A DNA stretch of 64,000 bases from Felis catus (lineage: Eukaryota): NCBI RefSeq assembly GCF_018350175.1, contig NC_058375.1:33728001-33792000 (forward strand), in the 5' to 3' direction. Shown here piece by piece: positions 10,960 through 23,260 of this stretch. The notes beneath the pieces are model-generated. The model ran no database searches, had not been told where the DNA came from, and was given only the letters and a program-made list of their open reading frames with translations. The stretch's first letter is position 1; each line of letters starts with the position of its first letter. Made by a program: the position numbers and the translations under genes.

Positions 10960-12680
10960 GAGAGTCAGAACCTGAGGTTCAGAGAGGCCAAGCAACTGAC
11001 CCTGAGACACACAGCAAACCAGCCAAGGAAAGTGAGAGAAGAAATCAGTCCCTAGGCTGCACTCTGGACAAAGACAAATTCATCAAAGGCCAAGGAGTCC
11101 TGGGGGCAGAGGTCCACCACCCACATTTTCTCTGCTTCCTCTGTCCTCAGTCTGCAGGCACAAGTCGGAGGTAAGACCCGGGCAGCCTCTCATCACTATG
11201 GCCCTTGTTTAAGGACCTCCATCTCTCAGGAGCTGAGAGAAAACGTAGTTTGCAGCATCAGGTTCCCCTTGTCCCTAAGTCCCATTCCTGGCCCGTGGCT
11301 CATCTCTGAGAGCAACACTTGGCAGTTCAAGAGCCTGGACTAGGGCTCAAGCCATGTGAGTGCTCATACTTGAGACACTCTTGCTGTGTGACCTTGGGCC
11401 AGTCACTTCCCCTCTCTGGGCTTTGGTAAAACAAGGAGATTGTACTAGTGGTTATAAAATTGAGTTTCAAGTCTGTAACTATTAAGAGGAGCCACCAGCA
11501 GTCACGTGTGTCTGGGTGAGGAGGTTGTGAATGGAGTAGGTTCTGAGCTCCTGCAGAAGTCTGTCTTTGACAAAGCCTGAAAATGCATAGCTCGGGAACT
11601 GTAAGACTCCATGACCTGCTCCCCAACACCTCAGTGGCAACATCCATTTTCAATTCTGTTGTCAGGGAACGGCCCATCTAGAGGACGGTGTCCCCTCAGT
11701 CACACATGCCTCCCCTGCTGTCTCAGCTTCAAGTATCTTCCATGGAGGACATTTAAGTGTCATCTAGCCTAGACACCGAGGAGGCATGGAATTGTGGGGC
11801 CCTGGCACCCCCTGCTCTATCTCTCCAGCCTCTGGCCCCAGTTGCCTCCAAATCCAGGCATAAGTAGAAAAGCATCAAGTGTCTGTCCTAGAGGAACCAT
11901 TACAGATTATCCACCACCCTCCTTTTATAGATGAGATCATGAGAGCCAGAAGGCTGGGCAACTTCCCAAAGCCATGCAGCCAACTAGTGCTCCAGTGAGC
12001 AGGAGGGCTCGGCTCTTATAGGACGCAGAGGGACAATGACCGGGGAAGTTGGCTGGGCCCAAATGTGAAGGCCTATGTGCACGCTAAGAATTCTGGTCTC
12101 TTTTATTGTTAATAATGAGCAATGGCCTTCTTGCCCTAGCTGGAGGGTGGACAGGGGGGTCGGGGGAACAGGGTGGGGTGTAGGCTGGGGGTACTGGGCA
12201 GCCTTATTCTGGTCTTCTGCCATGCTGAAGACCTACAGCTGGAGGTGAGCCTCTTTGGTGGGAACACGTATGTATCTCTGGGCCGGGATCGGGAGTGGCC
12301 AGAGCTCAGAGCACCTGCCCCAGGGCAAGTTGGGTTCCTCCTCTCGTGAGCTGGAGCATTCTCTGGACTCTCGTGGTGGTTCAGGAAGCAGAGATGTGTC
12401 TGCTTTATGTCCCCACCTCCCGTGCTGGCTCAGGCAGAGACACCAACACCAATCCCTCAGGTGTTTTTGGCATTTATTTGCCACCTCTTTTGTTCACTGG
12501 CATAAACCCAGGACTATCTTCACCCAACCTCCAACCATCTTGCAGAGTTCCCACTGTACAGACGAAGCTGCTCAGGTTCAGAGAGGTGAAGTAATTTGCA
12601 CGGGTTACACAGCAAGAACAGTAAGCTACTCCTGGAGCCCAGGTGTGCCCAACTCCAAATCCAGGGCTCTGCCTTGTCCT
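10960..12680. mobile_element. Cluster of four MIR fragments (about 10960-11020 -, 11330-11440 +, 11920-11990 -, 12540-12680 -)
   Basis: Cores such as ctgaggttcagagagg, gctgtgtgaccttgggccagtcacttcccctctctgg, gctcaggttcagagaggtgaagtaatttgc. Confidence 0.7.
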
Positions 12681-12961
12681 CAGATCTAGCCTCACTTCTC
12701 CTAGTTTTGCAGTCCCAGAGGTCTAGTGCCCTGAAGAATCTGGAATCTCAGCTCATCTTCCTTTTTCCTGTGTGATCACACTTCCCGCTTCTGCGAGCTG
12801 GTCTGGTCTCATCCCACATTGGGATGGGGTTACCATTCTGTCTCCCAATCTGACTTCTCCACTTATGGGGAGTCAACCTGGGTTTTCACCTCCCAAGTCA
12901 TCTCCTATCCAAACACGTTTACCCTAACCAAGATGTGTATGTGCATTAAACTGCATAAGCT

Positions 12962-13195
12962 GGGGCACCTGGGTGGCTCAGTTGGTTAAATGTCCGACTT
13001 TGGCTCAGGTCATGATCTCGCAGTTGGGGAGTTGGAGCCCCGCTCTGAGCTGTCAGCACAGAGCTGGGAGCCTGCTTTGGAATCTGTGACTCCTTCTTTC
13101 TCTGCCCTTCTCCTGCTCATGCTATGTCTCTCTCTGTCTCTCATAGAATAAATAAATGTTAAAAAAAATTATAAATAAATAAATAAATAAACAAA
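12962..13195 (+). mobile_element. CAN-SINE
   Basis: Perfect 15-bp TSD taaactgcataagct (12947-12961, 13196-13210). Confidence 0.93.
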
Positions 13196-13411
13196 TAAAC
13201 TGCATAAGCTAATTCCAGGTGCAGCCCAGTGGAGGAGATGAGCTAGGACAGCAGGAGGGGCTCTCTCTTCCATTCCCTCTGGCCCTTCTCTAGTCCTTGC
13301 ATCTCTCTCCATCTGCCATCTTCCTCTCTGTACCCACCCTTTGATCTAAACTGAAAGAAGAAGCCAAACCCCTAGGTATTCTAACTTCAAAGTATTTTGA
13401 ATTTATTCCTT

Positions 13412-13606
13412 ATTTTTTTAATGTTCATTTATTTTGTGAGAGAGAAGGAGGGACAGCGTCAGCAGGGGAGGTGCAGAGAGAGACAGGGACAGAGGATCCA
13501 AAGCAGGCTTCATGCTGACAGCAGAGAGCTCAAACTCACAAACTGTGAGATCATGACCTCACAGCCAAAGTCTGATGCTTAACCGACCGAGCCATCCAGG
13601 TGCCCC
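13412..13606 (-). mobile_element. CAN-SINE
   Basis: TSD tttattccttatt on both sides. Confidence 0.9.
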
Positions 13607-13619
13607 AAACTTTATTCCT

Positions 13620-14480
13620 TATTATAAAATGAATTCATGTTTGTTGTGAAGAATTTATAAAGTTCAAAGAACTTTAACAAATAATATCAGCTATAAATCT
13701 AAGCACCAGAAATGACCAGTTAACATTTTGGTACATTCCTTTCCAATTTTTTTGTGTATGCCTGTAAATCTTTACACTATTAGGATTGGGTCATATAGTT
13801 TCACATTCTGTTTCCTTAACTTAACAATCTATTGGAGCATTTCCCTACAACATGAAGTAGTCTCCAAAATATGATTTTAAAGGCTGTACAGTATTCAATC
13901 ATATCAATATACCATAATTTATTTAGCCCAGTCCCTTATTATAGGACATTTATGTTGTTTCCAGTTTTCCCTGTTAGAAATAATATTGCAGTGAACACCC
14001 TTGATGAAATCTCTCCCCACATCCCTGATGTTTTTCCCTATGTGAAATTCTTAAAAGTGAAATTGCATACTGTCACATCATCCTGCAGAAAGAAAGGTAT
14101 AGTAATTTATTTCCCATAACAATACATTATGAGAATTCCTGTTTTATTGTAAACTGGCCAGTGCCAGGCATTATCATTTTAAAGTAGTTTTTGCCAATTT
14201 TATGGGTTGAAAACGTACTTCATTGAGGTCTTAAGGTGTGATCTTTAACCATTAACAACAGTTAAACTTTTCTGTGGGTTCATTGGCCACTTGATCTCTT
14301 CTTTTGTGAATTAATTTTTCACATTTCATTCTCAGTTGCTAGAGTTTTTCTTTATGTTTTAGAAGATATATTCTAATGACACTTGTTTTCCACATATATC
14401 ACAAATATCATTAGTGTTTTTAACTTAAAGAAAATTATATCACCAAAAATATTTGTCTTTTCCTTTACCATTTTGTTTTT
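13620..14480 (-). mobile_element. Old L1 (L1ME-like) 3' region
   Basis: ataccataatttatttagcc...ggacatttatgttgtttccagtttt. Confidence 0.7.
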
Positions 14481-14604
14481 GTGTTTATGTGAAAGGAAAA
14501 AATACTGGCATTTAGGCACGGGGAATGTGAGTAGATTGGGCATAATATGGACACAGGGAAATTGAAAGAAAGAGAGTCAACTTTCTCTGCACAGTTAAGT
14601 GGAT

Positions 14605-14775
14605 CAGTGGTTCTCAGAGTGTGGCCCCACCAACAGGCAGTGTGAGCATTCCCTGGGAGCTTGTTACAAATGCAAATTTTGGGGCTCCACTCCAGACCTA
14701 CTGAATTTTGGGGAAACTCTGGGTGTGAAGCACAGTAGTGTGTAACAAGCCTTCCAGATGCTTCTGATACACGAA
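14605..14775. mobile_element. MER5A hAT-Charlie
   Basis: cagtggttctcagagtgtgg...tgggagcttgttacaaatgcaaatt...ccagacctactgaat. Confidence 0.85.
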
Positions 14776-15713
14776 GCAGGGAGATAGGGAAGTGGGGTTT
14801 ATGGCTGGCTGCTCAGGTGACAGGAATAAGGAGTCCTAGAAGGGAGACAAGGGGAGATGAGACAAGGTTCCAAGAAGGAACCCAGACCCCCATATGACAT
14901 AATGGTTGTCTCGGGACTAGAGGAAGAAAAACTGTTGCATGGAGGGTCTAGGGACTTTATGGAATTAAATATTCAATTTTAAATTGTGCTTCCTTATAAC
15001 ACATCTTTGTCTTACAACACCTTCAGAACAAGTCTGAGGACAACCTTGTGTTGGGGAGGTTTGGGGCATAAAGGTGAAAGAGAATAGGGATGAGCCATGG
15101 AAGAGGTCCATCCCAACCCGAGGAAGGCAGGGGGCCAAGGGTTCAGTGAGAGGAGAAATTTTGAAAACAAAGTAACCAGGGATACACAAGGAACCCTCAA
15201 AACTACTAAAAAACTAAGAAGGGGAAAGAATCTGGCTTCTCACAGCAGGTGGGATGAGGAGCTTTGTTGCCTTGTGTACTTATAAAAGGAAGAGTTATCA
15301 CCACGAGGCTGAACGACTCCGAACATTCAGGTTATGCTATAAAGGTCTCTCTTTGTCTCATCATAAAATAAACATTCACCCATATATTTTCCCCTAGGAT
15401 GCTTTATAGTTTTTGCTTTTTGCATTTGACTGTTTCACGTAGTTAGAATTTATCTTGGTAGGCGGCATAAAAGAACTTTCTCTACCCAGATCATCAACTG
15501 GTTGAGCAACATTTGTTAAATAACTTCCTGCCCTCTGATTTATAATCACCTCTTCATCCCTGGCTGAGGTCCATTTCCAGGCTCTCTGTTCTGTCCCATC
15601 CATCTGTGTAGCTGTCTCTGAGCTCACACTACATTTTTGTGGTATATATACCACACACACACACATATACATACATACATAAATATATGGTATTATGTTT
15701 ACTCCTTTGGAAG

Positions 15714-15790
15714 AGGGTCACAAATAAAATCCAGGATAACCAGTTAAATTTGAATTTCAGATTTATTTTTATTTGCTAAATCTGACAACT
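15714..15790. mobile_element. Internally deleted MER53-like hAT MITE
   Basis: Left end aaataaaatccagga...ccagttaaatttgaatttcagat joined directly to right end tttttatttgctaaatctgacaac. Confidence 0.65.
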
Positions 15791-15854
15791 TGACTCCCTC
15801 TTCATTGTCCCTTTTTTCCTTCAGTATTTCCTTGACTATTCCCACCTGTTTATT

Positions 15855-16577
15855 ATTTTTTTGTATTTTTTAATTAATTGATTTTTTTGTTTACATCCAA
15901 GTTAGTTAGCATATCGTGCAACAATGATTTCAGGAGTGGATTCCTTAATGCCCCTTACCCATTTAGCCCATCCCCCCTCCCAAAACCCCTCCAGTAACCC
16001 TCTGTTCTCTATATTTAAGAGTCTCTTATGTTTTGTCCCCCTTCCTGTTTTTATATTATTTTTCTTCCCTTCCTTTATGTTCATCTGTTTTGTCTCTTAA
16101 ATTCCTCATATGAGTGAAGTCATATGATATTTGTCTTCCTCTGACTGGCTAATTTCACTTAGCATAATACCATCTAGTGCCAGCCACGTAGTTACAAATG
16201 GCAAGATTTCATTCTTTTTGATTGCCGAGTAATACTCCATTGTATATATATACCACATCTTCTTTATCCATTCATCCGTTGATGGACATTTGGGCTCTTC
16301 CCATACTTTGGCTATTGTAGATAGCACTGCTAGAAACATTGGGGTGCATGTGTTCCTTTGAAACAGCATACCAGTATCCCTTGGATAGGTACCTAGTAGT
16401 GCAATTTCTGGGTCATAGGGTAGTTCTATTTTTAGTGTTTTGAGGACCCTCCATACTGTTTTCCAGAGTGGCTGCACCAGTTTGCATTCCCACTAGCAAT
16501 GCAAAAGGGATCTTCTTTCTCTGCATCCTCATCAACATCCGTTGTTGCCTGAGTTGTTAATGTCAGCGTTTCTGACA
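15855..16577 (-). mobile_element. 5'-truncated felid/carnivore L1 (ORF2 C-terminus plus 3'UTR) nested in older L1
   Basis: ORF 16106-16477 is the L1 ORF2 C-terminus (QPLWKTVWR...IYTMEYYSAIKK). TSD cccacct(g/a)tttatt at 15841-15854 and 16578-16591. Confidence 0.93.
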
Positions 16578-17744
16578 CCCACCTATTTATTCTTTCATGA
16601 GCTTCTGAATCACATTATCAAGTTCTTATAAAATCATTCTATTGGTTTTAATTAGATTTGCATAACATATAAATAAATTTGGAGATAAAGGTTTGGTTTT
16701 GGTTTTTGTGGTTTTGGGGGAGGTTTGTTTTGGTTTTTTTTGGGTTTTTTTTTTTGTTTTTTTTTTTTTTTGGCCAAGTTTAGTTTTTCTGTGCAGAAAT
16801 ATGGTATATCCCTGAACTTGATCGAAGCTTCCTTTATGTCTTTCAGAAAAGTTCTAAGGAATCTTCTGTTTGTTTTGTCATCATTCATATTGCTCTCATA
16901 GGTCCTGAACATTTCTTGTGAGGCTCATCCTTAGGTATTTGTATATTTTTGTTTATTTGCTGCTTTTATAAATCTTTTTTTCCCAATATGTTTCTAAATT
17001 TTTTTCCGGTATAAAACATTTCTACGTTTTGGGGTATTTCTTAGTTTTTTAATGATTAAAAAAATACACATACTCATTGTAGAAAAATAGCAAATAGGAC
17101 AGAAATGGAAAAAGAAAAAGAAAAGGAACTTCATTTATCGCTAGCTGCTCTCTCACCACTATGGTAAATCTTAGTCCTCAATGATAAAAAAAATCTGACA
17201 AGTCTGTGTATAATGAGCCGCCATTTTCTATGCATCTGATATGTGATGTAAAATACATTTTTTAAAAATGTGTGTGCATGCGCATCTCTGTACACATGAG
17301 ATCTTACTATGCATATAGTTCTTCAAATCTTTTTTTCCCTTTTTAAAAATATTTAATTCAGTTCCTTGGGGCTATGCCAGGACGCAGGGAGGAACCGGGC
17401 CTGGGGAGACCCACTGGGCAGCTGGCTGCTGGGCAGTGTCAGTGCCTGGGGAGACCCAGCAGGAGAGGTGTCAGGGCCCAGCTGCTGGTGTTGCACAGGC
17501 TCCAGGGTCCCCAATTTTTTTCATATTAACCCAACTCAACCAAACTCTTTCATTAGCTCTAGAACTGTATTAGTTGGTTCTCTTGGATTTCTACAAGAGA
17601 CAAGTATGATATTTCCAAATCATTATAATTTTCTGATCTTTATAATATTATTTCCTCACCTTAAGCTATTTCTGTGGCTACACCTTTCTGAATAATCTTA
17701 CACACTAGCAGTAATAGTAGCAAACACTTTGCACACCACCAGAA

Positions 17745-18083
17745 CAGGGATCAAAAATTCAAATGCATGGCTGGGGTGTGGCAAGCAGGCAGTGTAACTC
17801 AGTAAAACTAGTCTATGAAAAATAATAAGGAAGGACAAGGAATATGGTGAACTGGTGGGTTCACACTCCATCCAAAGGGAAACCACATGCTCACCTCCTG
17901 CTGGTTGGAGGAACAGGGGCCCATTATTGCCAGGTCTAGCTTTTGATGCTAAAAATCTACTTTTTTATGTGTAAGCTCAACTTTTAAAAATATTGACAAT
18001 TCAACTTTTAAAAACTATACAAGCCAAACAAAATATATCTGTGGGTTATACTTGGCCTTCAGGTGACCATTAAGTGACCTCTA
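17745..18083. mobile_element. MER102-like hAT-Charlie
   Basis: ttgccaggtctagcttttt...ccaaacaaaatatatctgtggg...aagtgacctct. Confidence 0.55.
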
Positions 18084-19100
18084 TGCTATAGTGTTAGCAG
18101 TAAGCATGATGCTGGCTCTTTGTAACACACATTCTTTATAATATCAAAGGAGTTTTTGGAGAGGCCATATTAAATGTCTCTGTGAGAGTTCACAAAACAG
18201 AAAGTTGAGAGCAATCTATGAAGCCATAGGAACAAAGGGTGTACAAGTCAGAAATGGATAAGGAGGTGGGCTGGGGTACCCACGTGGGCAGAGTGCATGT
18301 GCTTAGTAAACCCTTCCCAACAAATTGTAACCACTCTCAACAAATTTCTCTTTCACAAAACTCTGGGTTTTGTGGATTTACTTCTGAACATTTTCTTATA
18401 ATCACTAGAATTTTTAATATATTCAGAATAAAATAAAAGTTTTTCTGAATCATAAGACCAAACAGACAATGAATATTGAAAGATGGACCAGCCACAGGGA
18501 AAATTTTTAAATCTCAGTATGTTCACTGTCTCCAACAAAGCAAAACCAATTTATTGGCACCATATGGACAGTGTGAAGGAAGGCATCTTTGAAGAGTTTC
18601 CAATTAAGGAGGTATGATAAATGAAGAGTAATTGTACAATATACACATTGTTAAGATTATATCCTCTTTGCATGATGTGTTGGTGTTATTCTTTTTATTT
18701 TAGTAACTCTAAAAATTGTTTATGGAACTATACTCACTTTACTCATGACCTTTCCTTAACTATAAAATATCCCTTATATTTTGGAAGACAATGTTTCAGT
18801 AAGCATTTGGTAAAAATTTGTTGAATGAATGACATAATTAATGAACACTGGTGAAGTCTTATTCACCAGAAAAGGCTATATCTTAAATATTAACTCTAAT
18901 TTTTATTGTGCATAGTATTGGTTTTAATCCCCAATTCTAACCCTAGTCCCAATCCTAATAGTGATTTTTAAAAAAGATAAACCTTAACCCAAATAATGAG
19001 TATAATAGTCCTACCTTGATCCTAATCTGAAACCAAGTATTAGCAACCCCTGTAGTTCCAAGAGAAAACAGAAAATAAGATGAATAGAAAAGCAAGGCTC

Positions 19101-19388
19101 TGGGGCACCTGCGTGGTTCAGTTGGTTAAGCATCTGACTTTGGCTCAAGTCATGATCTCAGAGTTCATGAGTTCAGGTCCCACGTTGGGCTCTGTGCTGA
19201 CAGCTCAGAGCCTGGAGCCTTCTTCAGATTCTGTGTCTCCCTCTCNNNNNNNNNNNNNNNNNNNNNNNNNNNNNNNNNNNNNNNNNNNNNNNNNNNNNNN
19301 NNNNNNNNNNNNNNNNNNNNNNNNNNNNNNNNNNNNNNNNNNNNNNNNNNNNNNNNNNNNNNNNNNNNNNNNNNNNNNNNNNNAAAAA
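19101..19388 (+). mobile_element. CAN-SINE (3' part in the N gap 19246-19383)
   Basis: tggggcacctgcgtggttcagttggttaagc. Confidence 0.88.
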
Positions 19389-19665
19389 CAGATACCTATA
19401 GGCCAGAATGGAAACAGCATATAGCGCTTCCCTGATTTGGTGTTCACCATTTTCATCCCCATATTCCTCAACTAAATCCTGAACCCAACCCCAATACCAC
19501 CCAAGCTACTATGGGGACATATCTCACAGTGCTTCCATCTGCCAATCCAAACTGCCCATTAAGAAACATAAATGAAACAATGAGTGTGAAAATTCCTTAC
19601 ACACCCTTGGCATAGACACTCAATAAATTACATACCCTCAAAACTCTTTAAACAGGCAGATCACA

Positions 19666-20604
19666 ATGCAAGAACTCAACCAGTCCTCTGTGACAGAATT
19701 CATTCTATTGGGTTTTGCTCCCAACCCTAGGACCAACCCTCTGCTCTTCACCTTCTTTCTCACCTTTTACCTGCTAATCCTCATAAGCAACAGCCTCCTC
19801 ATCACCCTTATTCACCAGGATTCTCGTCTCCACACACCCATGTACTTTTTCATCAGTGTCCTCTCCACGCTGGACGTGTGCTACACAACCACTACCGTGC
19901 CCCAGATGCTTGTGCATATTCTCAGTGAGAAGAGGACCATCTCTTTTGCTAGATGTGTGGCCCAGATGTACATCTTCCTCCTCTTTGGGGTCACTGAGTC
20001 GTGGCTTTTCTCTATCATGTCTGTGGACAGGTACGTGGCCATCTGCCATCCTCTCCGGTATAAGATCATCATGAGCCATTGGATGTGCCTCCTCATGGTG
20101 GGCATCTGTGCAGCCTATGGTGTGGTGGGTGGCCTGTGCTATACCTTCTTTGCTATGAATCTGCCCTACTGTGGCCCTAATGAAATTGACCACTACTTCT
20201 GTGAGGTCCCTGCTGTCCTAAAGCTGGCCTGTGCAGACACATCCCTCAATGACTTGGTGGACTTCATCACGGGCTTCAATGTCATTGTGGTCCCACTGTC
20301 CCTGGTTGTCATAGTCTATGCCAATATCTTTGCTACCATCATGAAGATCCGCTCAGCCCAGGGACGAGTCAAAGCCTTCTCCACCTGTGCCTCCCACATC
20401 ACTGTGGTCACCATGTTCGCCATTCCATGCATCATTATGTACATGAGCCCTGGCTCTGACTCTTTGTCAAACAATGGCAAGAAAATGGCCCTTTTTTATA
20501 ACATTGCCACGGCCTTCCTCAACCCTGTCATCTACAGTCTGAGGAACAAGGACGTGAAAAAGGCTTTCCTCAAATTGATGGGATGGAGCAGGGCCCCACA
20601 GTGA
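19666..20604 (+). CDS. Olfactory receptor OR-B (class II, 312 aa, intact, several non-canonical motif residues)
   Basis: ORF with NQS, EFILLGF, LHTPMYFF, MSVDRYVAICHPL, HYFCE, KAFSTCASH, LNPVIYSLRNK. Acceptor CAG at 19653-19655 lies 10 nt before the ATG. Confidence 0.95.
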   Translation: MQELNQSSVTEFILLGFAPNPRTNPLLFTFFLTFYLLILISNSLLITLIHQDSRLHTPMYFFISVLSTLDVCYTTTTVPQMLVHILSEKRTISFARCVAQMYIFLLFGVTESWLFSIMSVDRYVAICHPLRYKIIMSHWMCLLMVGICAAYGVVGGLCYTFFAMNLPYCGPNEIDHYFCEVPAVLKLACADTSLNDLVDFITGFNVIVVPLSLVVIVYANIFATIMKIRSAQGRVKAFSTCASHITVVTMFAIPCIIMYMSPGSDSLSNNGKKMALFYNIATAFLNPVIYSLRNKDVKKAFLKLMGWSRAPQ

Positions 20605-21316
20605 GGCCTTAAAGCTGAAGACCTGGGGAGCCAAACAAAGCAGGACTCACACCCACAACCCCTCAAAGACTCTTCCATGAGACCTGGGAGGGCTGTACTC
20701 CATAAAGCTAACCCTTCACCCTGGCCTAGGGAGAAGGAACTGAGTACTCAGACAACCACAGCATCTGTGGTGACCTGGTTTGGGACAGAGGTGATTGTGA
20801 AGGTAGAGCACAGTGGTCAAGAGCCAAGATGACAGACTTTATTTTAGCCATTAGCAGGACATATGAATTTTTGCAAGCCATTTAACTTCTCTAAGGTTTA
20901 TATTTATCTCTTCCTCACAGGGAGGTTGTAATGATGATGTGAGATTCTATGTGAAAAGTATTTAGTACGAGACTAGCAATAGTCAGCTTTCAACAGATAC
21001 TAGCTTTAATGTTTAAAATTTATTTCTTAGGAATGAACTGTCAACCTTGAACTAGCCAATGATCTTCTTCTGGGCTGTGGAAGTAACTGGAGCCCTAGAG
21101 AGTAAAGGAAAAAAGGCAGGGAGTGGGAGTATTAAAAACTCAAAAACTGAGAAGTGAAGAATCTTAGGGTGAGAGACTTGAGTATGAGGAAGTGAGTCCT
21201 TATCTCCCATCCACAAATTGTGCACCTTGAACTCATCTTCTACCTTTGTATTGTAGCCATTCGTTCTTATGCTTTTGTATCTTTACACCTCTTGATTTTC
21301 CTTTGCCCCTTGTTCT

Positions 21317-21322
21317 AATAAA
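21317..21322 (+). terminator. Candidate poly(A) signal of OR-B
   Basis: AATAAA about 710 nt after the stop codon. Confidence 0.4.
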
Positions 21323-21899
21323 GTCCATTTTGGAAAACTACAGCCTGTCTTGGGTGATCTCAAGGAAGAGAGACTCTGTCCACTTGAAGGTGAGCAAAAT
21401 TAGGGAGGGAGTGGGTATAACGTTCCCCCCAGATGCAAAAGTTAGGCAGTCCAGGAGAGGTTAAAATCTCCAGGGGGAGTTTCTCTTCTGCTCCCTCTTG
21501 CTTAGAGAGACCTTCCCTGAAACTCTTCCTATGCCTCATAGAATCTTTACAAACATAAATTGTTTTTTCCCAAATTTCATTAATCTGCAGGGTCATGTTA
21601 CTGGGCATCACTGTATTTACTGGTTTTGCCTCTGTTTGCTGCTACAGGAACTCCAGCACCCAACAAAGCAATACATGTTCCATAGGCTAACAGGCAACAC
21701 CTTCAGGTTGTTCTTTCCTACCCCCTTGCTGATGTACAGTGACTATGAAACTCCTTGCAAAAAAAAAAAATCAGCTGGACTGGCCGGAAAATTCAACATG
21801 AATGCCTATGTCCTCCATGGGTTACCAGGGTCCATGCCAAAGGTGTAGGTCTCTATGTCCTCAAAAATATTGCCCTATGCCACCACACAGGAGCCAGAG

Positions 21900-22600
21900 T
21901 GTCACATAAATAATGAATCAAAATTAAAAGGCAGATAACAAAACAGGGCATATCATTGCAACATACTTACAGACATGTTGATAATGACATGAACATAGAA
22001 AGAGCTCTTACAAATTGGTAAGAAAAATACAAACACCCCAGGAAACTGGCAACAGATCTGAACAGTTCATAAAAAAAGACATTCAAATCATCAATAGATG
22101 TGTGGGAAAATTCTATCACAGTAGGCACCAAAGAAATGCAAATTTAAGTATCAATGAGATATCACTTTTTCACCTTTGAAATGGCGAAGAGTTTTTAAAC
22201 AATGGAGTCAGAGGTGGCTCCATTGAAACATGGACTCTCGTACATGGCCAGTGTACCCATCTTTTTGCAAGGTGATTTGGCTTTATGTATCAAGAACCTT
22301 ACATATGTCCATAATTTCCTACCCAATACTTCTATTTTCAGGACATTTTAGGAAATAGACATCAAAAGGGCAGGAAAAGTAACATAACCATTTTCATTGT
22401 GTTACTTACATAGGAAAAAATTGGAACCAACAGAAAACATCTGTCATCGTGAGTGATTTAAATATATTACGGTATAATGGTGTACTCTATAGTCATTGAA
22501 AATGTATTTTATAAGAATATTTAATGATATGACTGCTCACAAGATGCTAAGTGAATAAAAGCAAGAAACAGCTGGTGAACAGCATGTTATGATCACACCA
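21900..22600 (+). mobile_element. Old L1 (L1ME-like) 3' region
   Basis: aaagaaatgcaaattt...aatgagatatcacttttt...atggtgtactctatagtcattgaaaa. Confidence 0.7.
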
Positions 22601-23260
22601 TTAATAGTCGTAAATACCCTTTCACCCTTGAAGTCACACATTAAAGCTTAGAATAGTAGAGAGTACCACTGAGTCATACTTTTGTACACACTTGTGCACA
22701 CCCACACACACACACAGCCACACTCCCCACCTTTTCAAATTAATGAATTAATAAACTGATTAAGGCAGCTTACCTTATCTGTGTTTTCACATTCGTTCTC
22801 ATGCTCCTCTCTCACCCCAATTTAATTTCACCCCCAATCACAGTATGTCCAGACATCTGGCAAGTAGAGGCTTTCAATGGCCCAATCCACTCTATGAGCC
22901 TCTTCTCTTAAATTCACACAGCAGGGATGAAATCATGGACTCCCAGGAAATTCCAGTGAACACAGACACCCAGTTTGCCTTGATAGAGTCTCTGACATTG
23001 TTACAGACACTTTATTTTTTTTTTCCAAATAGGGCAAATCTCTTCCATTTCTGGAACAAGCTTTCCCACTGAGCCATCCCAGCTAGTTCCATTGAGAAAA
23101 TCTCAAACTTCTCTAACCAGAGTTCTGACCATGTCTGTCCCCTGTAGCATGTAAACTAACCCCTCTTCCAAAGAGCTTCTGGTGATTTACTATTTCCGTT
23201 TCCTCCTCCTGCTTCAATCAATGTTGGCAATTTAAATTTTTCTTGAAAATTGTCCATTTT

